NCBI RefSeq assembly: GCF_006345805.1
Contig: NC_043001.1
Location: 50,406,001 to 50,470,000 of the forward strand
DNA: 64,000 nucleotides
From: Octopus sinensis
Taxonomy: Eukaryota
Reading direction: 5' to 3'
Under the pieces are notes generated by a model. The model did no database searches, had not been told where the DNA came from, and was given only the letters and a program-made list of their open reading frames with translations. How positions within the stretch are numbered: position 1 is the stretch's first letter; the number at the start of each line of letters is the position of its first letter. Shown here in pieces: positions 1 to 11,568 of this stretch. The position numbers and the translations under genes were made by a program.

Positions 1-570
1 GTGGATTAAAAATGGTTAAATATATCGCCTGTGAGTATGAAATCTCTCATCTTACCACTGGAAATGTAAATCTTCACTATGGATTAATTCACCTTGTCTG
101 TGAAGCTAATAAGTCTTTAAAAACCTGTGATAAGTCTGTGCATCATCCTCTTCATATCTCTGAAAATTTAAATCTACACTATGGATTGATTCATCTTCTC
201 TTCGAAACTAATAAGTTTTTTAAAAATCTGTGATAAGACTGTGCATCATCATTAAAGAACTTTGGAAAACTGTTTACAACCTATATCTGCCTCTAATGGA
301 ACTATCTCCAATATCTCATGAGTATAACCTCACCCACTAAGCTGATGAGTACGGGACACTTTTATCTGCTGCAATTTTTGCAACTTGTAATAAAGCCTGT
401 CTTTGTATGAAACAATTGTACTAAAAACCAATCCATTCTTGTTGCTTCTTTCTCGTTTATAATCACCCCACATTACTGTATGGATAACACCATATAGTTT
501 TTCTGGTGCATCTAAGTTAAGTACCACATTCAAGTAAATTCATTGGAAGTTACTTGAATCTTAATTGCTT

Positions 571-615
<45 letters not shown>

Positions 616-620
616 GAAAG

Positions 621-814
621 GAGTGAAAAAACTACAGAAGGCTTGTTTTATAAGGTTAAAGAATATATTTAAGTCGTTCTGTTAGAAAAATGTTAGAAAA
701 TTTTGTATATAGTAACATGTTACTATATACAAAATTTTATAATATTTTTCTAACATAACGACTTAAATATATTCTTTAACCTTATAAAACAAGCCTTCTG
801 TAGTTTTTTTACTC
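621..814. repeat. AT-rich foldback (palindromic) element next to (TA)n
   Basis: Arms gagtgaaaaaactacagaaggcttgttttataagg... and their reverse complement, centred on agtaacatgttact (~717). Confidence 0.85.
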
Positions 815-1124
815 TTTTCTATTTTTTATACATCCACTACGTGCTTTCACACACCAACTTTCTCATATATATATATATCATATATGATTTATGTCTCTGT
901 ATATATAAAAACGAATATGTGTGTGCCACATATCATTCGCCATCAGCACTCGACTAGCAATATTATCGACTTTCAGAATGCTGAAGAAAAAGACAACCAC
1001 AGTCCGATTCGAACTTCAAACGTACAGTGATGTATGGTACTTGGTCAGATTCTCAATCGTTTCTACTAATCCACATTCGTTGCTCCCTATAAATGTAATG
1101 TTACCAAATAATACTTCCAGCTAC

Positions 1125-1235
1125 CTTTAAGCGTTCTGTTCCTCGGCTCTTTGGTCCTGTCCAAATGTAGATTTTCTCTCCGCAATCCAAGATAAATACA
1201 TCCCCTTTGTTCAAAGAACTAACGTCACATTTTAC
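1125..1235 (-). CDS. Gelsolin/villin-family protein, coding exon 7 ([37 protein letters not shown])
   Basis: ttttaaatccag|GTA...AAG|gtagct; 111 nt, phase 0-0; G2 core SLNxGDVFILDxG..IYxWxG. Confidence 0.96.
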
Positions 1236-1778
1236 CTGGATTTAAAAGTAGATTAATATAAAAAGTTTAGCTGTGTATTCATAAAGAAAATAAAACACAA
1301 CTAGAGGAATCAATTACCTGTTAATCCACGAACACATGTTACATGTTCACACCATATATATATATATAGTTCATATACAAACTCGAACAGAAAATGTATA
1401 ATATTTGCTTTTATGTTCACTGATAATAAAAACAATTTTACATTAATCAGATACAAGAGCGGCAGACTTCAGAATACTTATTTTCGCTTAAATAACAGTC
1501 TGGGTGATTCCTAGAAAGCAGTAATGAGAAAACAATAATAGTGGAGGCAGAGCTGATTTCACTGTAAAATGATATTGAACGGAGGCCAAAGTTTTTAAAA
1601 ATTGTATTAGGATTTTTGATTGCTAAAGGGCGTTTCTGACTGATATCCAACCTAGTGAAACACAGTCAGATATACTTTATTGCCTTCCCAACGTCATATT
1701 CAGTAGAATGAGTCTTCAGTACAGTTGCCTAGCTTCTTTCTAAGCAAAGTAAAACCAGACTGAAAATTAATGAACGAT

Positions 1779-2198
1779 GGCGTAGGAGTGGCTGTGTGGT
1801 AAGTAGCTTGCTTACCAACCACAAGGTTTCAGGTTCAGTCCTACTGCGTAGCACCTTGGGCAAGTGTCTTCTACTATAGCATCGGGCCGACCAAAGCCTT
1901 GTGAGTAGATTTGGTAGACGGAAACTGAAAGAAGCCCGTCGTATATATATATATGTGTGTGTGTACGTGTGTGTGTATGTTTGTGTGTCTGTGTTTGTCC
2001 CCCCCCAACATCGCTTGATAACCAATGCTGGTGTGTTTACTTCCCCGTAACTTAGCGGTTCGGTAAAAGAAACGGATAGAATAAGTACTAGACTTACAAA
2101 GAATAAGCCCTGAGGTCGATTTGCTCGACTAAAGGTGATGCTCCAGCATGGCCACAGTCAGATGACTGAAACCAGTAAAAGAGTGAAGAGTAAAGAGT
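1779..2198 (+). mobile_element. tRNA-derived SINE family A (GGAGTGGCTGTGTGGTAAG head, internal TA/TG microsatellite)
   Basis: A-box TGGCTGTGTGG, B-box-like GGTTCAGTCC, tail GAAAC(C/A)AGTAAAAGAG; near-identical copies elsewhere in the window. Confidence 0.85.
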
Positions 2199-2735
2199 AT
2201 GGGATCTAAGACTACTTCTTAGTGTCGTTCAGCATGATGTTGGGAAGCTGATATTCCTGCACAAAGTACATTCATCGCAGTAAAAATATGAAACCAATGC
2301 ATTTACAAGGGAGATATATATAATAGATTAACAGGGTAAAGTTTTATTTGTGAAATACTGATGTTTTGAATTTACAGTAGAGACAGATCTATATTTATGG
2401 TGATGTAGTGTTGTGGTGCGTAGGGGTGTCCTAAAAATGTAACCCGAGATTCAAGAGGGCAGCAGTCCGAAAAAGTTTGGGAACCACTGGTTTAGGCAAA
2501 CAAATCAACCTAGGACATTTTTTTAAAAATTTGGTACATATTCTATCGGACTCTTTTGCTATTTTATGAGAACGTGAACAAACGAACACCACTCGTAAAC
2601 CAGTGGAGTGGAACAAGCACAAACATACGTACACACGTACACACACAAACAGACACACACACACGCATACCCAAACTTTTATACTTGATATATTTAATAT
2701 ATTTAATGTGACTAATTTGTTTATCCGCATAATTG

Positions 2736-2775
<40 letters not shown>

Positions 2776-2830
2776 CATAATATAATATAATATAATATTC
2801 TCTCTCTATATATATAGTATATATAATATA

Positions 2831-2951
<121 letters not shown>

Positions 2952-3299
2952 AAGAGGGATGTTTCCACGCAGGAAAAAATACAGGGAAATGTGTTGTTGA
3001 CAATGCACCTAAACTACAAAAACTCGTAAATGTTTAAAATACATTTCTTTACATATATACCAATATAGTTTCAACAATATCTTTTGTTTATCAATGGTAA
3101 AAGTTTAAAATCATGAATTAGAAAAACATCTTTAAAAGTTTCGATGTTGACAAATTAGCATGTTCAAAACAGATAAATTTAGCATTATGAATTAGGACAG
3201 GTGCAAGTTTGAATGTTCATATAATATTAAAACTGTATATCAATTTGTTTGAATGTACAAAGTTCATTAATGTTAGTGGTGATCGACAAGTCATACTGA

Positions 3300-5345
3300 G
3301 TTAAGAAGGAAAAAACAAGGGAGAAATGAAAATAGTAAAAAAAAGGGAATTTGGTTTCTCTGATCCTCTTTCCGTAGACGCTTTTGCTTGTAGTGGTATG
3401 TTTTGGGATCAGATGTATTTATATATGTATTTTTTTTCGCGAGCAGATCTGATTTTTGATTCGTTAAAATACTGGTGACTTTTTTTTTATAGTCAAGCTT
3501 GTCGTTCGGCTTGGTTGGCATCCCTGTGGAGACGGTCATCAGTCGTTCCGGCTGGTTGGTTCTCAAAAAGAGCCATTTTGTTGTATTTGCTGTAATACGG
3601 TTTTGATTGGTCTGGAGTTAGGTGATACCAGCAACTGGTGTTTGTAAAATTTCATCGGACTAGAGGTAGGTGACGTCGGCAACTGATGTTTGTATGGTGA
3701 TTTGGAGTTGCGGTTTCGGAACCCGGGTGGAAGATTGTTACTAAAGTTTTTAAAAAAATTGTTTATTGTTCCTGATTGTTTTGTGGAAAAATTGAGTCTA
3801 TTTCTTTTCTTTTTACTGCTTTTTCTTCTTTCTAAAGGATATTCAGCTGTGGTTTATATTTTTTAATCAGTATGTTTTCCTTACTTAAACGGAATTGGGT
3901 TGAAATGTTTCCAGTGCATTGATAGAGAGGGAATATTTGGTATTTAGGGTTTATGTCTACGGGGCATTGATCTAGGTTCTTGCTTACGGGATTTTTCCTA
4001 GTGGTGAGGCCCCAGATTTGTTGCTTGTGCACCGTAAGTCTATCCCTCAAAGTTAAGCTAGTTTGACCTATGTAGTCCCCACTACACCCACCCTCCACAT
4101 TAGAGAACAGAGTAAGTTCTTCGAAACACAGGTGAAGTCATATTTTATGGGAAAAGCTTGACCTAAGTTAAATTTGTATGTTGAGCCTTCTAAGAGGAAG
4201 ATGCAAGTTCCACAGTTAGGGCGGTTGCACTTTTTGACTTGTGGAGTTGTATTTTTGGTGGGTAATTTGGTGCTGGTGAATAATTTTTTAGGGATTGCGG
4301 TTGTCTCTTGCTTTTAATAATCCTATATGTTTCCAGTGCCTTTTTCATTCGCGGGTCCTTCATAAGGAGGGGTATGTTTTGATGGATGATGTTGTATGCT
4401 TCCATGTTTCTTGGATTGTGTGTTGATACGTAAGATAGAGTTTTAAGTGTGTCATGATGTTTTCTTGTTTTCCGTAACTCTTAGATGTCTATCATTTTTG
4501 CACGTTCTATTCAATTTTTGATTAGACTGGTCGGGTATTTTCTATCCAATAATGTGTTTTTAAGTTCTTGGAGTCGCTTTTCTCGGGTTTAAGGATTTGA
4601 TGCAATCGTGCAAATTCTCCTCACTAACTTGAACGGTATATTTATTTATTTTGGTATGTTTTGAGTGACTAAAGGAGAATGGAAGATATTGTTTTGAGTC
4701 CGTTGGTTTCAAAAAGATGTCGGTTCCAATTTCAGTATCTCGATTAAGATGTCCAGGAAGGGTAGTTGTTTGTGGCTGTATTCCATTGTAAACTGGATAC
4801 TGTGGTTAATGCTGTTGATTAAGTTTTTAAATTTAGAGAGTTGTTAAAGGTTATGGGGCCACAGGATGAAACAGTCACCCAGGTAGCGTTTCCAGTTGGT
4901 GAGTTAGTATTTTTGGAAGTTGTCTCCAAATTTCAATCTAGCGTGTTCGTATATTTGAACTTCCAAGTATGTCATGATAAGGTTGGCATAAGTAGGGGCT
5001 ACCCTCGTTCCCATCGCTGTGCCCGATTTTTGTCTATAAGTATTTTCGTTGAAATTGAAGAAGTTGTTCTGTAGGAGGAATTTTATTCCTTCAACGATCA
5101 ATTCTTTTCCGATTCGGTTAAGAATGTCATTTGGGAATTTTTCCAGCCAGTATTGTATGGCTATTATTCCGTATTCGTGAGGAATCAAGGTGTAGAGGTT
5201 TATTACACCGAATGAAACCAGAAGGGAGTCATTGCTGGTTTTGTTCGGGAGATGGTTTAAAAAGTCCAGATCATCCCGTATAAAGCTCGGTATATGTTGG
5301 AGAATAGGTTTAAGGAGGACGTCCTGAAAGGGACAATGTTACTTT
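3300..5345 (-). mobile_element. Penelope-like element, degraded (RT + GIY-YIG endonuclease)
   Basis: Minus-strand fragments PSFIRDDLDFL, YRQKSGTAMGTRVAPTYANL, RYLGDCFILW (mutated YxDD) and YIGQTSLTLRDRLTVHKQQI (GIY-YIG); frameshifted; ends approximate. Confidence 0.9.
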
Positions 5346-5683
5346 GTTTTAGCCCCAAGAAACATCGTTTCTAGCTAACTATACGACACACTATCTGTGT
5401 CCTTATGTTTTCGAACAGGGAGTTCGGCACTCTATCTAGCGCAAAACAACATCTGACTAGTTTCTGGGTTATTGCCCAAGGAGCCGCGCATTGGCACTTA
5501 ATAAATTGCTGACTCACAAATCGACTTCAACTTTCATCCCACTAATTTTTGTTGAAAGTGATAAAGTAATCATGAGTTTGCGAAAAGACGGGATTGTAAC
5601 TGTTGAGACGGCCTTGATAGCAGGTCTGTTCGATCAGTTCTCACCTCGTAGTTCAAAAGTAACAACAAAAGAGATATGAGTAC

Positions 5684-5789
5684 CTGTGTTACGCGGACGT
5701 TTCTTTTGCCTTTCACATGAAGTAGTCTTTTTTCATAGACATTTCTTTCTACTTTACGGAAACCACTTTCAATTCCTCCACTGAGGTAC
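5684..5789 (-). CDS. Gelsolin/villin-family protein, coding exon 6 (G+[35 protein letters not shown])
   Basis: tctgtatgcag|GTACCTC...CAG|gtactc; 106 nt, phase 2-0; G1-G2 linker and the basic RLLHVKGKR segment. Confidence 0.95.
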
Positions 5790-6430
5790 CTGCATACAGA
5801 TAAATGTATAAACGGATTGATTAATCAGACGGGGAAAGCGATAAGCTGTCAAAGAAACTAGTGTCACAGGCCATAAACACTTTTGTAAAATAATCATATA
5901 CAGTGGATTGGGAGAACTATATGCCTAACGCATTTTATTACAGCCAAGCTAATTCTCTAAAGAAAATCCATTTAGATTTCATTGTAATATTTGACACAGA
6001 ATTAGCAGCTTGGGTTAAAGTTTTATGATGTCATGAGTTTTAAGTTTCGAAATAATTGCGAGGCACATCGATCAAGTATATATATATTTTTTAGAGGACT
6101 ACTTTTTCTCAAGAATTTGTCTTTAGCGTCTTTAGTTTTAAAAGGGTTACATATTTACGCCTACATTCAATTTCGATCGTCATCAGGAATTTTGTACACG
6201 GATGTGTACTAGAGTACATTCAAGCTGGAAAACTTTATTTTGTACTTAAGGATGACTTTCTGATACTGTAGACCACGGATGAGTGCGCTAGCATACTGTC
6301 GTATACATGTGATCATTATTGCGTATCGTAATCACTGATAGGTACACTAGCCCACTCAAGTTATTTAACGTATACAGTAGGTTAACACTACACTAACCAT
6401 CTGAAATATAAACCGAGGGAACATCTAGGA

Positions 6431-6948
6431 TAGGGGTTGGCGAACAGGGGTAAATTACTCCAAGTGGAGTAAAAATGAAATTCTTGTGGGTAATGAGAAT
6501 TCGTAAGTAAAATTACATATAAAAAAACGTGCTCCTTGTTACGACAGAATTTTCTCTTCTGGCATGAGGAGGCAGTCAAAACGTTGGAGCCTTTTGCAAC
6601 AACCTACCTTTGCGAACAAGGATTTCCCACTCTAATGAACATAAAAACAAAGCAGAATAATGAATTGGACCCCGAAGACTGTATCCAAATTGCTCTAGTA
6701 TCAAATGCCCCAATTTTGATGTAATTGTAACAAAAACGAAACATCATTTCTATAATATCTGCAGTGAAAATTCGATTTGCTTCATAATGAGGTTATTAAT
6801 TTATTTTATCGCATTTGTTTTATGCTTTTTATATTTATAATTGTGTTCATCATATAGATAGATTCAATAAACCTTTTGAATTCAATTAATCTATGATTTT
6901 CTTCCTTTCAAATCGGGGAGATTGATTTAAAAAGTTCCCCGACCCTTG
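6431..6948 (+). mobile_element. Internally deleted hAT (Buster/ZBED8-like) transposon
   Basis: PFATTYLCEQGFPTLMNIKTK is a hAT C-terminal dimerisation motif; imperfect TIRs AGGGGTTGGCGAAC / GTTCCCCGACCCTT; the 8-mers on each side have a central TA but do not match. Confidence 0.75.
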
Positions 6949-7298
6949 CTTTAAGCAGTTACACGACCTGCAATAAACATAAGCTGAATGTTTCTCAAAT
7001 CACACTACAACATTTAACGTTGATAAAGAAACATTGGATAATAGAATCCTGAATATACTATATATAATAAAAAGATGGAACACACACAGCCAGAATGCTT
7101 TGGATCAAAGATCTACCCTATCAAAATAGACCTGTGGTTAAGCAGTAACAACATTAACATCTGAAATGAGTTAAATGCATAGACATTTAATAATCTAGAC
7201 ATTGCAACATTAACTTCGGTCGTAAATTGTGGAGATGAGAGACAATAATGAGTAATTAAAGGTTAGATATGTATTCTAAATATAAAGTTTTGTCTTAC

Positions 7299-7351
7299 GT
7301 TATGCCTTTTTTAAAGTATGACAGAAACAACTGGGATTCGTGGTTCTGGAC
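7299..7351 (-). CDS. Gelsolin/villin-family protein, coding exon 5 ([17 protein letters not shown]+AC)
   Basis: ttttcttttattccctag|GTC...ATAAC|gtaaga; 53 nt, phase 0-2; the split codon AC+G (Thr) is completed by the next exon. Confidence 0.95.
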
Positions 7352-7377
7352 CTAGGGAATAAAAGAAAAGAACATCC

Positions 7378-7461
<84 letters not shown>

Positions 7462-7573
7462 AAATGGGACAAGAACGCAAAACATTCAAATAGACGACAC
7501 AAAAAACGGACGGGTCATTCGAAGCCTCTAATCTTCAGTGAAGAACCGGATCATCCTCGCAATTTCGGCTGAT

Positions 7574-7607
<34 letters not shown>

Positions 7608-7624
7608 ACACACACACACACACA

Positions 7625-7665
<41 letters not shown>

Positions 7666-8512
7666 TTAGGTCATCCCATAAATAATGTGGTATTTTAAAT
7701 ATTTCTTTTATTTTTCAAAATTAAGATAAACACAGTTCATTTTTAATCTAAAATATACTCTCCTTCATTTTCTGCAATGCTCTTCCATCTATCTGGTAAA
7801 CTTGCAAGGCCCCTCTTCCAAAATTCACTTGTCCGTTACGAAAAATGCTCCTCCGGTACTGTTCTGAGCTCGTCTACAGAATTCACATTCTTTCCGTTCA
7901 AATGATGTTGAAGACTACAGAATAAATGATAATCAAATGGGACAATGTCCGGCGAATATGGTGGGCCGGACATCGTTTCTCATTCAAACTGCTCCAGTCT
8001 TTGGAATCTTTCCTCGCTGTATGTGGCCGAGCATTTTCCTGATGGAAGAACACCTTTCGTCTTGAAACCAAAGATGATTGTTTTTTTTTCTAGCGCTGAC
8101 TTAAGCCGCTCATGGCTGCTCGCAGTATATCTCCTTCGTTATCGTTTGGTTTGGATTTAAAAGTTCAAAGTGGACTAAACCTTTCATATCCCACCAAACA
8201 GATAACAACACCTAACGTGGATGAAGACCTTTAGCGTGGGGTGCCGGTGTTTCTCCTTTCCCTACCCAATGTCTTGACATTTTTATAGAGAACCCATTTC
8301 TCGTCACCAGTCACTATTTGGTCCAAAAAAGGTTCATTCGTGAGTTGTGACAGCAAAGAAGAGCACACATTCCCTTTCTGCATGCGATTAGACTAGGAAA
8401 GTTTGTGAGGAACCTATTGACCCCATTTGCTGACTTTTCCAATGGCACAGAAGATGAATGGTTGACTGACCAAATCCAACCTTCTCCGCTAGTTCTTCAA
8501 CTATTATGATGA
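7666..8512 (-). mobile_element. Mariner transposon, 5'-truncated
   Basis: Terminus TTAGGTCATCCCATAAATAATG at 7666; minus-strand pieces IVTGDEKWVLY, WWDMKGLVHFELL and LPDRWKSIAENEGEY. Confidence 0.9.
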
Positions 8513-8678
8513 AACAAGTAAAAGAATAAAAGAATATATATATATATACATGCATACATTTATATATACATATATATTTATATATATATGTATATATATA
8601 TATATATATGTACACACACACACACACATATATATATATGTGTATATATATACACATACATCCATACACACACACACG

Positions 8679-8730
<52 letters not shown>

Positions 8731-8877
8731 ATTTACATTATACATTTTCAACAACTGACGGATATTTGTCCTCATCTTGTTTGTTGTTAACAACGTTTCA
8801 GCTGATATACCCTCCAGCTTTCATCAATAATCTGAATATAGTATATATATATGCGTGTATGTGTGTGTGTATGTGTG

Positions 8878-8923
<46 letters not shown>

Positions 8924-8937
8924 ATAGACAAACAGGC

Positions 8938-8980
<43 letters not shown>

Positions 8981-9074
8981 TACACATATACATACATACA
9001 TACATACATACATACATACATACATACATACATACATACATACATACATACGTTCGCACGTATGTACGTATGTA

Positions 9075-9425
9075 TGGGTGGTCCACCAGTATTTCTTGTT
9101 TTTAAAAGGTGTGAATACCTACTAGTTCCGACATATCTTTGGTGTACATGCCAGGGCAGTCCTTCCTACAGAAAGCATTTTAAATGGTTTTTGCAACTAT
9201 ATCATGCCTCAGAGGCAGGTAGTATCTGGTAGACATTTCGGTGTAGCTACTGCTGATGTGAATGATATCTTCCACACTGGTATAGCAGAGCCGACATTTT
9301 TTTATCACAACGTGGAGGTTTGGCGCTATCTTTGTCCCGCTTGCCTATCAGGTGTCTAACAGCTATCTCCTGTTCCTGGATAGCGAAGGCATATCCTTTT
9401 ACGTTGGATGTAGTGTATCTATTGC
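9075..9425 (-). mobile_element. R4/Dong-type RLE LINE fragment (post-RT zinc-finger region)
   Basis: VKGYAFAIQEQEI...RCDKKCRLC...EDIIHI...RYYLPLRHDIVAK is collinear with the AQDQ/CxxC/RHD motifs in the larger copies. Confidence 0.7.
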
Positions 9426-9615
9426 AGGTTAGAGTTTAAGGTTTAGGACTAGCGTTAGGATTTATGACTGGGGTTATTATTTAGGAGTTGAGATGGAATT
9501 AGAGTTAGAGCTTAGGGTTAGAGTTCATGGTTTAGGGGTTGGGGTTTGGCATTAGGACTTAGATTAGTCTTTAGAGTTTAGCATTAACGTTTAGGTATAG
9601 CGTTAGATATTGGGT
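9426..9615 (+). repeat. Degenerate TTAGGG-like hexamer tract
   Basis: Roughly 6-nt periodic TTAGAG/TTAGGG/TTAGGA/TTTAGG units. Confidence 0.6.
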
Positions 9616-10365
9616 TTGTGGTACATTGCAAAATTTTGGTACAAACGTTAACTTATTGTTTTCTTAAATTTTCTTTCATTAAATATGTTCATCTTTAAAT
9701 AATCAGCGATATCTTTAAATATTTACCAATTTCTCGAAAAATTTCAACTTGTGGTTTTCGTTTCTGCATATCGAAAACAAAAACAGGGCTTCCACAACAT
9801 CCTGATGGCCTAAAGCAAATGGCTGGATCTAATTGGTTAAAATTACCAAATTTTCTTTAATAATTGAAAATGATTTAATGATTTTTTTATTATTCAATTC
9901 TTCCCCCACCCACCCCAAAAATATGATTTTTCTACTTGAAATTTACAGCTCAATAATACTTCTATGTAGCAATTTTCAATAAAACTGGAAGAAGTACGTC
10001 AAATCGAAAAAAATCCAGATACCTGAAGGTGAATTGCATATCTGTGAAGTAACAATGCATTTCGGATTTGGTTTAACTTATCTTCGTCTGTTATTGTCAG
10101 GCAGATACTATGCTAAAAACTGGAATCCTCAAAGGTATATTTGAAAGAAATTGTCTCCACTGTGTGTATTATGTGATAGTCACTTATAAAGTGACCGTCA
10201 TGTAATAACCAAACAGCAAAACTGAGAGTTTGTTTCGAAACTAGATTTCCATTCTCCGTTTGAATAAAACATTATATCATAACTTTCCGTTTCGCCCGTC
10301 CTTTAAAATACATTCGGGTTTCGTAACTAAGAAAAATACATAAAATATTGAGAAAGTCTTCTTAC

Positions 10366-10443
10366 CTCACGATACTGCACGGGTGCTCCTCCCAAATGGT
10401 CGTCCAATTCCACTGTTTTGTAAGCAGCAACTCCTTGTTCATC
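10366..10443 (-). CDS. Gelsolin/villin-family protein, coding exon 4 (DEQGVAAYKTVELDDHLGGAPVQYRE)
   Basis: tattacgtag|GAT...GAG|gtaaga; 78 nt, phase 0-0; G1 actin-binding helix. Confidence 0.96.
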
Positions 10444-10464
10444 CTACGTAATATAAAGAGAATA

Positions 10465-11568
10465 CGAGGTAGTATCAAAAGGTTCCCAGACTAGTTATAT
10501 TTAATAATAAAAATAACATATTTACCTAAATTTTGGCCCATCTCCTTCGAAATAGTTACCTTGCGCAGCAATATACCGGTTCCAGCGTTTCTGCCACTTT
10601 TGGAATACGGTCTAGAAGTCGTTTTCCGTAAATGAAATGAGGACCTTCTGTGATTCGTTCTAGATCTCGACAACGGTATTAAAACGGCAAGCATTGAGCT
10701 TCATTTTCATCTTGGGGAAGAGATGAAAGTCCGGAGGTGCTAAATCTGACGAATAGGGCGAATGCGGAAGCGATGTCATGTTGTTTTTTTGGTGAGAACT
10801 TCACAAGTGAGGAGAGCTCGGTGACAGGGTGCATTGTCGTCGTGAAATATCCCATTTTTCGCGCTCCACAGATCCGTCGCTTTTGCTGAATGTCCTCCCT
10901 CAAACGGTGATGAGCCTCGACGTGAAGGACGGGCCATCAGCAGTACGCTGGCGGAGATCTTGACAGACTTCGACGCGATGTTCTTTGCGCTCAGTGGTCA
11001 GCAGGTGGGAGACAAAATTGGCAGAGACACGCTGCATGTTCAATTCAGACGTTACGATTGCCTGCACAGACAAATACGACAGACCAACAACATCAGCAAC
11101 GCCGTTGATTGTCCTCTGGCGATCCTCTTCCGCAAGCTGAGGAATTTTCTCCACATTTCTAGAGGAGATACGCGTGGCAGGTCTTCCAGATCACTCATTG
11201 TCTTCCAGAGACGTTCTTCCGCTTTTGAAGCACCCGTACCACTCGAAACATTGCGTGTGACTCATTGATTCGTCACCGTATGCTTGCCAAAATATACTCC
11301 ATGTCTCTGTTACAAACTTCCCAAGTTTAACGCAAAATTTCACGTTGGCTCTTTATTCCAACTTCCTGTCATTGACAAAACCGCAGACTACAACATATAC
11401 GTGATCACAAAAACACAAATTTCACAACTTGTGAAGTAAACTCAGCGATGTCACTCGGCACACTGCCAAAATGAAGGTGACTGACAGCTCTTACTGTGCA
11501 CGCAATCATGTGCTGCCATATGTTGGTATGCTGCAGAACTAGTCCGGGAACGTTTTAATACCACCTCG
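10465..11568 (-). mobile_element. Mariner transposon with both TIRs and TA duplication, internally deleted transposase
   Basis: TA|CGAGGTAGTATCAAAAGGTTCCCAGACTAGTT ... AACTAGTCCGGGAACGTTTTAATACCACCTCG|TA; EQRANIKFCVKLGK, SGRP, YSSDLAPPDFHLF and WQKRWNRYIAAQGNYFEGD. Confidence 0.95.

Noticed and set aside
1-1124. Search for gelsolin coding exon 8 (expected A..IRD.ER.G-like)
   Set aside because: No matching open segment with splice sites found; it is presumably outside the window.
1779-1870. tRNA-like sequences here and at other SINE heads as tRNA genes
   Set aside because: They have A/B boxes but continue into multicopy SINE bodies and do not form a complete cloverleaf.
3500-3555. CTGATGA in the Penelope 3' region as the expected pLTR hammerhead
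   Set aside because: No GAAA at a compatible distance and no convincing stems; not supportable by eye.
6150-6190. CTGATGA-CGATC-GAAA on the minus strand
   Set aside because: No stem II can form and there is no stem I; at most a deleted relic.
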